In this document: positions 25,259-36,846 of the stretch, piece by piece
How the letters are laid out: every line of letters starts with the position of its first letter
Numbering within the stretch: the first letter of the stretch is position 1
From: Octopus bimaculoides
Lineage: Eukaryota
Assembly: GCF_001194135.2 (NCBI RefSeq)
Contig: NC_068981.1
Location: 75,171,735 to 75,217,281 of the forward strand
DNA: 45,547 nucleotides
Reading direction: 5' to 3'
Program-made: the position numbers and the translations under genes
Notes under the pieces: model-generated
What the model was told of the DNA's origin: nothing
The model's database searches: none
Seen by the model: the letters and a program-made list of their open reading frames with translations, nothing else

Positions 25259-25376
25259 ACCCACAGCTCTTTTCTTTCGCGACAAGTGTGTTACCATTAC
25301 AATATCAAGATTTTTAGTGTTGTTGTTTATAATGGTAACACACTTGTGAAAACAAAGAGCTGTGGGTTCGAGTCCC
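25259..25376 (+). repeat. Long hairpin formed by inverted duplication of a tRNA-like head
   Basis: Perfect arms of 14 bp (25259-25272 / 25354-25367) and 18 bp (25282-25299 / 25330-25347). The right arm carries A-box-like tataatggtaa and B-box ggttcgagtcc. Confidence 0.85.
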
Positions 25377-25551
25377 ATACTTACGGAAAGCCTACTTTTT
25401 TTCTGTCGAGGGCTAATATGCCCCAATATTAGTCTATTTACTGTAGTCATTACACGGTTATCGCTTATATCAGCTTTAAGCATATACAATATTATTATTA
25501 TCATTTACAGAATTGTAAAAATCGATATTGCTTACCAAAAACCATCGCAGA

Positions 25552-25592
<41 letters not shown>

Positions 25593-25601
25593 AGCATATA
25601 G

Positions 25602-25680
<79 letters not shown>

Positions 25681-25945
25681 TTTATACATATATACATACA
25701 TAGATGCGGACGTATACACGTCCACACATGCTCATACGCACATTACTTGAGTGGGCTTGGAAATATGGCATCTAATTTTAAATGATGATTTTCATTAGCT
25801 TCACTTATTGTTACTACGGCGGTGATATGATGGGATTGCTAGCTCCCTCCCTACAAGGACTTTTATTGTTTATAATTTCATTGTTAGCATTATATATCGG
25901 TGCTGATTTTTTATTCCTCCGTTGTTCCCTTCGTTGCACTTTCCT

Positions 25946-25981
25946 TGTTTCCGACGAAGAGCACCGCTCGAAACGTCATAC
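25946..25981 (+). ncRNA. Degenerate minimal hammerhead motif (sister of 11185-11221)
   Basis: tGtTT-CcGACGA-A-GAGC(ACC)GCTC-GAAAC-GTC-AtAC. It has a U4C change and one stem I mismatch. Confidence 0.55.
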
Positions 25982-26164
25982 TCTCTCTCTTTCATTTCCC
26001 GAGCGTCTAGTAACACTATCTGTATCACGTCCTCACGTCGTTGTTTTTTGTTATTGCTTTCTGTCTTTTTCCTTTTTTTTAAAACTATATATATATATAT
26101 ATATACGTCTATAATACACACATATATATATATAAATAGATGTATGTATCCATATGTATCTGTT

Positions 26165-26202
<38 letters not shown>

Positions 26203-26691
26203 TATCTTTGGAAGATAGTAGCAGCCTATGAGAGAAATGTTAAATGTTGAAGTTCCTCGTAGTCAGTGACAACGCCGAGACTTTCTCATTCATTCGTTGT
26301 AATTTTATTCATTTTCTTATGTGGTACTGCCTTCTGTTATTCTCAAGGATATAATTTAGTGGAAGATGAACTATAGTAAAGAAAATCTTCTTTTGAACAT
26401 ATTTAACGATGTTTTATATATTTTGAGGTATAATCGTTTTATTTATATTATAAAAAATTTTTTCATACGCTTACAAAAGGTTTCATTTATTGTGTTTAAT
26501 GCAGAAATTGTAACATATTCACAATACTTTTAAAATTGCATTGAGTAGTTGAGTGCAAAATAACTTATGTGATTAAGTTTAGTATATATTTAGTATATCA
26601 TACATACTAAATCCACAAAATTCATAAAAATGTACACCGATCTCCATCAGTTTAGGCGTTTGCGTCACTTGATACCCATTTTTTAAGGACC

Positions 26692-26912
26692 TACGAGGGG
26701 ATGCTGTAAAGTTCCTGGCTTTAAAGGTGTCCTGAAAGGCTTAGTTGAAGACCCAAACCTTCGAGTTCTTTTGCAGGGCTTCGAAAACCCGAGAGAGCGC
26801 TGCATTAAATGTGCGAATCTGAAAGGGGAATATGTTGAATAAAATCATAATAAACTGGCCTTCCTGAATTTCCTTTTACTCGAAGCCAGGAGATTTTCAG
26901 CACATCCTCGTA
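26692..26912 (+). mobile_element. 221-bp mariner-derived MITE
   Basis: TIRs are tacgaggggatgctgtaaagttcctggctt and aagccaggagattttcagcacatcctcgta, with TA ends. The interior retains the mariner C-terminus KCANLKGEYVE*. Confidence 0.85.
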
Positions 26913-27061
26913 TATTTAAAAGCGTATTAAATACAGCCGAAAAAAGAAACATGCGTACAAATGAGACGAGGTCGCTTGGTATGATTTCTGTTGCACTACA
27001 GACGTTTCGGATGTAGGAATATCCTTACATAATAATTTGTTATTATTGCAGGTTATTACAG

Positions 27062-27232
27062 CGACGCGCTTGGAGAGTTATTAGCAGCATTTCGTCCGTG
27101 TTTGCGTTCTGAGTTCAATATTTGGTAAGTTTTATCTATTCGGAGTGATGAAATACATACCAGTTGTGCACTGGATGCGTTCTAATCGACTAAAACCCCT
27201 GCAACAAAATTTCAGGACTTGTGTATAGTAGA
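27062..27232 (+). mobile_element. SINE family A, old diverged copy
   Basis: ttagcagcatttcgtccgtgtttgcgttctgagttcaa...ccagttgtgcactgg...ctaatcgact...aaaatttcaggacttgtg matches the reverse complement of 3267-3479. Confidence 0.65.
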
Positions 27233-27239
27233 TCACTGT

Positions 27240-28595
27240 TTCTTAAAGCTTAAGGTCACGAACTATTTCAGAATGTCTATTGACGTTGTGATTTCTCAAA
27301 AAAAATGTCAACACTCTGTTGAAACTTAACCACATAAAATTCATTCAGAAACTCGTGAAAACTCTCGTCTTTTCTAGAGTCAGTGATCCGAAGCTCTACA
27401 GAAATACTTCAGCAATCTTGGACTCTCTGAAACAAAGAAAATTATTTCGTAATTATCTGATTACAGTTACCGATCTATTTATCGCTTTTGGAATGTTCTT
27501 TCCTTATTTCAGACTTGATGCGCAAAGGAGAACCGAAACTTTTTTCTAGGCCAAGAAGTGTATCTTTCAATATACTTTTTGCCTGGAACAAGTAATGTAG
27601 TTTAAATAAATTCTCTTCAACATAGCGATGTTGCTGTCTCTAATGTTCACCTCAAGTTCATAAACAAAAGTACTTTACACCACCTAGCTTCAACACCAAA
27701 CAAATGTGGAATAATCTTGAAATCTTCACACATAAAAGGTGATTTATTTCTGTCATGAAGAGGGGATGCATTCAAAGTGACTTTTGAGGAATCAATGAAT
27801 AATCAACACTCTTACACATTATCTTCATGGCGAAGAACCAGTGTGAGTGAATTGACATCTTTACAAAGCGCAAGTTGACTTTCATGAGAGAACAGTTCTT
27901 TGAAATTGTCATGGCGGCTACGGTAAACGAGCTTTAGTAGCAAACTACAATAGATTCTAGCCCTTTAATACTGAACCTTACAGTTGATCTTGCCTCTAAG
28001 ATGTAATTCGATTCATAAAGTGGTGTGTTAGTTCACCCTTTGTGGCAGTAAATATGGTTCATTGCTGGCGGGAATCTTGATTACAGGATCAGAAATATCT
28101 TTCTCTTTTCCTTCGTGATATTATGAATCTTAAAGTCACCTGTTTAGAATGATTTGTTGCTAAATACTGAAGACTGTGTGAAACTGGTCTCATTGAAAAT
28201 TTTAAAATAGTGTATTCAATTAGACTTTGTATTTCAAATATTCAATTTTGTATTACGAAAAAGAAATATAGATGGCACAGGAATTTTTGCGTTCTCTCCA
28301 AACAGCATGTGGTGTGATTAACTTACCAATTCAGTTAGTATTGTTATGCATTTCCTACAAAAATCTGAGACCACGCTTTTGTTCTGATTCATCATTTACA
28401 TCCAGAATAATGATTCAGCATAATCATCATAGGCGCAGGAGTGGCTCTGTGGTAAGTAGCTTGCTTACCAATCACATAGTTCCGGGTTCATTCCCACTGC
28501 GTGGCACCTTGGGCAAATGTCTTCTACTATACCCTCAGCCGACCAAAGCCTTGTGAGTGAATTTGGCAGACAGAAACTGAAAGTAGCCCGTCGTA

Positions 28596-28628
<33 letters not shown>

Positions 28629-28960
28629 NNNNNNNNNNATATGTATATGTATGTGTGTGTATATGTTTGTGTGTCTGTGTTTGTCCCCCAACATCGCTTG
28701 ACAACCGATGCTGGTGTGTTTATATCCCCGTAACTTAGCGGTTCGGCAAAAGAGACCGATAGAATAAGTACTAGGCATCCAAGGAATAAGACCTGGAGTC
28801 GATTTGCTCGACTAAAGGCGGTGCTCCAGCATGGCCGCAGTCAAATGAATGAAAGAAGTAGAAGAGTAAAAGAGTATAGCACATGATTTTCTTAGCTAGA
28901 TCACCATCAAAACAACAGGAATAAATTAGGTTGATTCAGTCACTAAAGCATGTACTTGAA
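27240..28960 (-). mobile_element. Highly decayed Chapaev3-like transposase, interrupted by a SINE
   Basis: Fragments NQPNLF, DQNKS, VWRERK, YTILKFSMRPVSHS, YRSRHDNFKELFS...LALCKDV...LFIDSSKVTLNA.PLHDRNK, LRIK, SKIAEVF and LRNH are collinear with the protein at 34143-35760. Ends are not defined. Confidence 0.65.
28431..28876 (+). mobile_element. SINE family B, full length with internal (TA)/(TG) microsatellite
   Basis: aggcgcaggagtggctctgtggtaag (A box)...gggttcattccca (B box)...gcgtggcaccttgggcaa, then the microsatellite with gap 28629-28638, then tail gaagagtaaaagagta. Confidence 0.88.
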
Positions 28961-30269
28961 CACCGGTCTGAAATCAAGGAGTTACAACACATATTATCTG
29001 TTCTTGACTCTCTACTTTAAAAGAAGTATTAGTCTTCTCTAAACACGACTAAAAGTATTTCTACATACGCGGTCCGAGGTTCCAAACAAATTTGTCCTGC
29101 CAAAACTACTAGAAACGTCTCTCGGAAAAAATAAGGAAATTGAATTTATCGTATACTTAGTAATACATCATATGTTTGAATATTAGAATTGTCAGTTATA
29201 CTAATATTATATAATATAACTTACTATACCGTATCATCCACATGAAATTGTAAATGATTTATTATTCTACGCCATGTTTATTTGTCCGCCGATTATGCGA
29301 AATGTAAGAAAAAACTAACATAGCGTCACAAGAAAAAAAACGCTGATACTGAAAATTTGATTTTATAGTCAGATTCAGCTGGCAAAGTTACACTGAGAAA
29401 CATTCATCAAAGATTGTCACAAAATTTTTACCATCCGTGTTATGTGTTCATTATGCTAAAGTAGGCATGGGTATATATACATGTATGTATAAATTGTATG
29501 CGTTGCAAATATGCAAATATATGTACCTACATAAAATATGCATGTAAAATAGTGCGTGATGTTTTAATATATATATATATATATATANNNNNNNNNNNNN
29601 NNNNNNNNNNNNNNNNNNNNNNNNNNNNNNNNNNNNNNNNNNNNNNNNNNNNNNNNNNNNNNNNNNNNNNNNNNNNNNNNNNNNNNNNNNNNNNNNNNNN
29701 NNNNNNNNNNNNNNNNNNNNNNNNNNNNNNNNNNNNNNNNNNNNNNNNNNNNNNNNNNNNNNNNNNNNNNNNNNNNNNNNNNNNNNNNNNNNNNNNNNNN
29801 NNNNNNNNNNNNNNNNNNNNNNNNNNNNNNNNNNNNNNNNNNNNNNNNNNNNNNNNNNNNNNNNNNNNNNNNNNNNNNNNNNNNNNNNNNNNNNNNNNNN
29901 NNNNNNNNNNNNNNNNNNNNNNNNNNNNNNNNNNNNNNNNNNNNNNNNNNNNNNNNNNNNNNNNNNNNNNNNNNNNNNNNNNNNNNNNNNNNNNNNNNNN
30001 NNNNNNNNNNNNNNNNNNNNNNNNNNNNNNNNNNNNNNNNNNNNNNNNNNNNNNNNNNNNNNNNNNNNNNNNNNNNNNNNNNNNNNNNNNNNNNNNNNNN
30101 NNNNNNNNNNNNNNNNNNNNNNNNNNNNNNNNNNNNNNNNNNNNNNNNNNNNNNNNNNNNNNNNNNNNNNNNNNNNNNNNNNNNNNNNNNNNNNNNNNNN
30201 NNNNNNNNNNNNNNNNNNNNNNNNNNNNNNNNNNNNNNNNNNNNNNNNNNNNNNNNNNNNNNNNNNNNN

Positions 30270-30401
<132 letters not shown>

Positions 30402-30929
30402 ATGAGCGATAGAAAAAAGTGAGGAAGCTGAAAAAGAAGGAAGAAAAATAAAAAGGGAAGAAATATTGACAAGTGATATAATTTACATTCGCCATTATTT
30501 GAAGCAATGGCAGCTACTTGCATGTACATTCGCACTTAGGTTCTTTCAATAACCTGCTTCAATTTTTGTTTGTTAGATTTTCTTCCCGTTGCAATAAAAT
30601 ACCAATTGATTAATTATAAAAAAAAACAAATCTTATATAATGTTAAATAGTGATATAGAAAAGCTGTTACACATATTGGCTAAAAGTACAAAACGGCTGT
30701 ATCTAGCTGAACGTGGTTTCCATGGGACCACGTTCAACAATTCAGAATGTTAAGATTAAGTAACTAAATACCACAAAATCATTTCGTCTGACGCTCTTCT
30801 GAATCCACATTCATTTCGTATATTGCCAACATGACAATCTCTGCTTCTCCGCGGTCATCGTCTGATGTTTTTCAGTTAATGTTATTCAGCAACACTAATT
30901 TAGATGAGGTACTACAGACGTGTGATTAG

Positions 30930-31085
30930 AATGTGCAGGAAAGACTTGGAAAACAGCAGGAGACATAGGGGAAACCAAGAAAGAGATTATTCGATGATAT
31001 TCATAGTTTTAGTAGGTCAGGTTTGGGAAAACAGACTGAAAATCTAATGACGGTTGCTTCTGATAGAAGCCTATGGATGCAGGGC
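30930..31085 (+). mobile_element. Old RTE-like LINE C-terminal fragment
   Basis: GKPRKRLFDDI...ENLMTVASDRSLW resembles the RTE GRPRKR..D / A.DR..W tail. Confidence 0.5.
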
Positions 31086-31171
31086 CTGAGGAACTCCATC
31101 CTCAGGATCCTCTCAGAAATTCTGGGATGGTACGATATATGTATGGATGGTTATTTAGAACATTTTGTCAC

Positions 31172-31242
31172 CTATGAGTCTTCATATTGTTTCTTGCCCA
31201 AAGGAAAAGGCGTCACCATCACCATCGAAATGATAGGAAGAC
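31172..31242 (-). CDS. Candidate terminal coding exon
   Basis: cttttcttttcaaagctacAG acceptor, phase 1, encoding (G)LPIISMVMVTPFPLGKKQYEDS*. Phase-compatible with 32062-32185. Confidence 0.3.
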
Positions 31243-31916
31243 CTGTAGCTTTGAAAAGAAAAGTTTCCATCGGATAACCATAACGTGTAACTGACATTGT
31301 AGCCATTTCAAAGAAAATCCCAAATTTCACATTCCCTTTCTTTCTCAATATGGCAAAAATCTAGCTTCACTTCTGCACCCTCGTCATTCATGAAATCTTG
31401 TATCTTATGCTGAAATCAGTTACTGCCTCAAGAGTTATTATACCATTAACATTTGATGTACGTAGCAGGTGTTGGTGGCAAGCTCCTTCGGTGTAATTTG
31501 TAACGTGGTTATCCGGGTCGCTACATGTGCGAGGCTATGTGTTATATCACACACATACACACACACACACACATACACACACACACACACACATACACAC
31601 ACACATACACACACATACGGACACACACATACATATATAGATACAAACATATACATACATATACATTTATATATTTACGTATATATATGTATGTATATAT
31701 GTATATATATATATATATATATATNNNNNNNNNNNNNNNNNNNNNNNNNNNNNNNNNNNNNNNNNNNNNNNNNNNNNNNNNNNNNNNNNNNNNNNNNNNN
31801 NNNNNNNNNNNNNNNNNNNNNNNNNNNNNNNNNNNNNNNNNNNNNNNNNNNNNNNNNNNNNNNNNNNNNNNNNNNNNNNNNNNNNNNNNNNNNNNNNNNN
31901 NNNNNNNNNNNNNNNN

Positions 31917-31977
<61 letters not shown>

Positions 31978-32061
31978 GAGAGGGGGAAACTTGTACTAGC
32001 GCAAATATTTTAATTTCGACTGGAATTGAATTTCCAGGCAGAATTGACATGAGTGCGTTAC

Positions 32062-32185
32062 CTGAAGATGGGATTTTGAATGTTGCCTTTATATCCCCAT
32101 AGCATTCAAAGTTCACACATTCAGTATAGATGAATTCATAATATCTCAGCTGATACACCGAGAAGAAAAGAATGTCAGAACGATG
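32062..32185 (-). CDS. Candidate internal exon of an unidentified gene
   Basis: ttttattgtgtAG acceptor, 124 nt open (HRSDILFFSVYQLRYYEFIYTECVNFECYGDIKATFKIPSS), then TCAG|GTAACG donor. Confidence 0.38.
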
Positions 32186-32267
32186 CTACACAATAAAATG
32201 TAATGATTCACTGAGAGCATCCGTCGTTCAGCATTTACCGTGAAAATATTTTAGGAAGATTAACGTC

Positions 32268-33834
32268 TTCTCGTAGACAAGGGTATTAGTTTCCATAAAT
32301 ATGAAAATTTTATCCACTATGCATAACTTACTATTAGTATGAATATTAACGTCATACTTTAATGAAGGTAACATATAAAGCCGAATTACCATACACTAGA
32401 GTCATTCTGTGAGAAACGGTTTCTATTTTCGTGATCTACGCATAAAACTACCCTAGAAAGCATTAATCTCATCTCTGTAGTCGACTAATGTCTATTTAAA
32501 GTAAAAGCCGGTGGCATAGACTGATACTTCTCGGAATCGATGTCTGTAACTGAATCTGTGAGAGTGTAACGAGTCGGAAAATATACCGAAAAACATCGTG
32601 TCCGACGCATAATCGGACCAGTAACAAACTGCGCCGGATTAATATCATTTTAACGACCCCTATAAGATAACAACCGCAGTTAATCACGGCGAGATTTGAA
32701 CACAGAACGCGGAATCTCTGAGTAAATAACAAGGGGGTATTCTAAGCGATGCATTAATGTGTCTGAGAATTTCACAACTTACTTATGATTTATATAATTA
32801 ACAATTATATATTTATATTCAAATTTCATGTTTATAAGTAATCTTATCTCCGGATAAATAACGCAGTACATTTACCTTTGCATTCACAATAACTATGATA
32901 CACAGAAGGCTATTTTAATCTAATATTGCTTCTCTCGCTTATAATGCATTTATATATATNNNNNNNNNNNNNNNNNNNNNNNNNNNNNNNNNNNNNNNNN
33001 NNNNNNNNNNNNNNNNNNNNNNNNNNNNNNNNNNNNNNNNNNNNNNNNNNNNNNNNNNNNNNNNNNNNNNNNNNNNNNNNNNNNNNNNNNNNNNNNNNNN
33101 NNNNNNNNNNNNNNNNNNNNNNNNNNNNNNNNNNNNNNNNNNNNNNNNNNNNNNNNNNNNNNNNNNNNNNNNNNNNNNNNNNNNNNNNNNNNNNNNNNNN
33201 NNNNNNNNNNNNNNNNNNNNNNNNNNNNNNNNNNNNNNNNNNNNNNNNNNNNNNNNNNNNNNNNNNNNNNNNNNNNNNNNNNNNNNNNNNNNNNNNNNNN
33301 NNNNNNNNNNNNNNNNNNNNNNNNNNNNNNNNNNNNNNNNNNNNNNNNNNNNNNNNNNNNNNNNNNNNNNNNNNNNNNNNNNNNNNNNNNNNNNNNNNNN
33401 NNNNNNNNNNNNNNNNNNNNNNNNNNNNNNNNNNNNNNNNNNNNNNNNNNNNNNNNNNNNNNNNNNNNNNNNNNNNNNNNNNNNNNNNNNNNNNNNNNNN
33501 NNNNNNNNNNNNNNNNNNNNNNNNNNNNNNNNNNNNNNNNNNNNNNNNNNNNTGTATATATATATATATACTTACAAGCCAAGATTTAGAGTTAGCGGCT
33601 TTTAGTGTTGCCTTAAAAGTATATTATTGCTGTAGATGTTCTCACTTAATATTTAGACATGTGTCACTTCATTGCAGTGGATTTAATCCAAACTGATATA
33701 ATTCTAGAGAGAAATTCGAATTCATTTATGTTACCTTCATAAAAGTATGAAGTTAATATTCATACCAATCGTATGTTATACATAGTGGATAAAATTTACA
33801 TATTTATGGAAACATGTGCCCCTGTCTAAGAGAA
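32268..33834. mobile_element. Putative non-autonomous element bounded by 108-bp inverted repeats (32268-32375 / 33727-33834)
   Basis: gtttccataaatatg.aaattttatccactatg.ataac.tac.att.gtatgaatattaac.tcatacttt.atgaaggtaacata is present in inverted orientation. No clear TSD. Confidence 0.6.
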
Positions 33835-33891
33835 TATCTGGCAATATACCGACATTCCCAAATGAATATTAATATTTAGATGATTAAATTA

Positions 33892-36054
33892 CACTGTACA
33901 ACAAAAACGAACATTATTTCGACTACAGAGATGGGAATAACGTTTTCTATGGTAGTTTTATGCGTAGATCACAAAAATGGCAGCCGTTTCTCACAGAATC
34001 ACTTTAGTTTATGGTAATTCGGCTTTTTGATATGAGGGTAATTTTATAATTTCATCTTTTTTTCAGATTTTCAGAGAAAAAAACTATAAAATACGTATAA
34101 ATATTTAATTAGTTCTTTAATTAAGAAAACAATTGCATTAAAATGCCAAGACGGCAGTGTAGAAATCACTCAGAGAAAAATTTGGTATATATGGTGCTGT
34201 GACATACTGGAAGAATGCAAGAAACATTACGCCGTTGGTAAAAAAAACAACAAAAAAAACAGTATTACTTATATTTTGGTCTCAAGATAGGAGCCTAAGA
34301 TAAAAGTTGCGCACCACATATCCGTTGCACATGTACCAATGGTCTTTCAAAATGGTCTTTCAAAATGGGAAAGTCAAGAAGTATGCAGTTTGGCATTCCA
34401 ATGATTTGGCATGAACCACAAGACCACCATTCTGACTGCTATATCTGTCTTGCAGATGTTAAAGGTAAATTTGTTTTTATTTGCATTAAACCGAGCATAT
34501 ATTTATCTAAATATATTTATTTTTATTCGATACATTAAATATAGGAAATGCTATAATATAATTTATTTTCTTAACAGGTATTACAGCGAAGAGTGCGTCG
34601 TCGGTGGTGTATCCGAATCTGAAATCCGCCAATTGTCCTGTACCTCATTCGGTCAGAGTACCGATACCTGCGGTACCTGCAAAAGAGGATTATACCCGAT
34701 ACTAGTGAAACAGAAGAGAATTGTGAAGAAAATGAGTTGTATGTTCCAGGTTGAAACCCCTAGCACAGGATGAGTTAAACGATCTTGTTCGGGATTTTGG
34801 AATAACGAAAATGCAGAGTGAGGTACTGGTTTCTAGGTTAAAGGAAAGAAATTTGGTAACTCAAGATGTCAGCATTACACAATTTCGAAAACCTACAGAT
34901 GATTTAATAGAAAAAATATAAAATGAATGGCAGCTTGTGTTATTATAACGACATAATGGGAACCTTTGAAGAGCTTGACATAAATTACGACCCTAGTGAG
35001 TGGAGGCCATTCATAGAAGATTCGGTTTATAGAACTAAAGCTGTGCTATTGCACATAGGTAATAAATTCCGACTATTCTTGTAGCTCATTCTGTTGTTCT
35101 GAAGGAAACGTACAAAGATTTATCGTTCATATTAGGTTATATAAGATATAATGAGCATAAATGACTGATTTATGCAGACTTGAAAGTTGTAGCGATTGTG
35201 TCAATGGGACAGCCGTGCTCGACAAGAGATTTAAATCCGCAGTGAATAGCCATCGAGTTCCTAAGGAGAAAATAATTTTGCCTCCATTGCATATTAAATT
35301 AGGCCTTATCAAACAGTTTAAGAACTTAAACCTAGAAGAGCCACCTTTTTTTGTACTTTGAAACTAAGTTTCCCACACTAAGCCATGCGAAAATCGAAGA
35401 AGAGGTGTTCGTTTGTCCCCAAATTGGGCAACTTTTGACAGACGATAATTTTGAAAGCGCCTTAAATGTATCGGAATTGGATTTACGGCGAAGTTTCAGA
35501 AACGTATGTAATGGTCTACCTGGGAAGCACAGAGTAGCCAACTATGAAGTACATGTAGAAAAGTTGATTGATTTGTACAAATCATTAGGGTGTAATATGT
35601 CGTTAAAAGTTCGCTATTTGCATTCGCATCCAGCTTTATTTCCTCAGAATGCAGCAGACGTCAGCGATGAACATGGTGAGAGATTCCACCAAGACATAAG
35701 TGAAATGGAAATTCAATATTAGGGGACGTGAAGTCCCGCCATGCATGAGAACTTCTGCTAGTTTCTTCGGAGAGGTAGACCCGATGCAATACAGAGAAAG
35801 AAACATAAATATTGTACTAAAAAATCGATGTTCTTATTTTGATAAGAGATGAAACTAACGTATTTACAATCAATAACAGCCCATTTTGCAGAAAACTCGA
35901 TTAAATTCTATGAAAAAATGTTATTTTCACAAAAAACGTCTCATTCTATGAAACACTGGAGTTCACGAAAAAGGGAGTTTATTTTCGTTATCTATGATAA
36001 AAACTGTTCCAGAAAATGTTCTTTTCTCTGTAGCAAAAACATTGTTGTTCAGTA
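33892..36054 (+). mobile_element. Chapaev3-like (CMC) DNA transposon, full-length fossil
   Basis: Diverged ~80-bp TIRs (cactgtacaacaa.../...ttgttgttcagta) with TTA on both flanks (33889-33891, 36055-36057). Decayed transposase from ATG 34143: MPRRQCRNH, QDR..APHI, GIPMIW, YPNLKSA, ELNDLVRD, LPPLHIKLGL, NMSLKVRYLHSH, VSDEHGERFHQDI. Confidence 0.85.
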
Positions 36055-36802
36055 TTATGTATCCCTGTTACTGTGGAAATGGAATAATTTTAGTTCCGAG
36101 TTTCGGTAGTATTTAAAATTGGATATGTCATCCTTGTGTTTAAAGAAAAAGAAATAGCAGTTAAAAAATTTGGTCGATTATGTCTATTATATACCCCACC
36201 TAAAATGTATTAACTATTGTTAAAGGTGGGTATCCTAGTTTGAAGAAATAAATTCGTTTAACTTTTGAAAATAATGTTGGTTAATTTTCATCCTTGTTTA
36301 AGTCTTACTGTACATATGCTGTGTGCTAGCAAAAATCCTTCATGTTCTAAAAATATGAGAAACACACTAAAAGTTGCGTTAAACCTTATATAAGTGTGTG
36401 TGTGTTTGTGTGTATGTATGTGCGTATATATATATATATATATATATGACCCAGACATCTTTGTGTGTGTTAGTATAATTTAAATAGGTCAAAGTGTATT
36501 TGTACATACACCTCTAAATAGAGTAATATGCTATTCACACAGAATCATATTTTGGTATATTTTGGAAAGGGTCACTTAGTAGGAAAATTATAAAATAAAA
36601 GGGAACCAAATATGCATACACACATGTACGCATACGCACATATTATTACACACATATTAACACACGCATACGGACATTCACTGATAGGAAATGACAAAAA
36701 AGGAATTCAGATTCAATGAGAAACAAAGAGAATTGAACGCGACAGGAAAGTGAAAGAGAGTGAGGGGAGGGATAGACGGGGAAAGACGGTGAGAGAGAGA
36801 AA

Positions 36803-36805
<3 letters not shown>

Positions 36806-36845
<40 letters not shown>
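36806..36845. repeat. (GA)n microsatellite
   Basis: GA run. Confidence 0.93.

Positions 36846-36846
<1 letters not shown>

Noticed and set aside
26994-27032. Minus-strand hairpin plus GAAAC-GTC resembling a hammerhead
   Set aside because: There is no CUGANGA core. The sequence also reads KDIPTSE and may be the C-terminal remnant of the Chapaev3-like fossil.
30708-30736. 10-bp stem hairpin tgaacgtggt/accacgttca
   Set aside because: Isolated and short, with no associated motif.
32496-32732. 78-aa minus-strand ORF in the CpG-rich segment
   Set aside because: Non-ATG start, no splice context and no recognisable motif.
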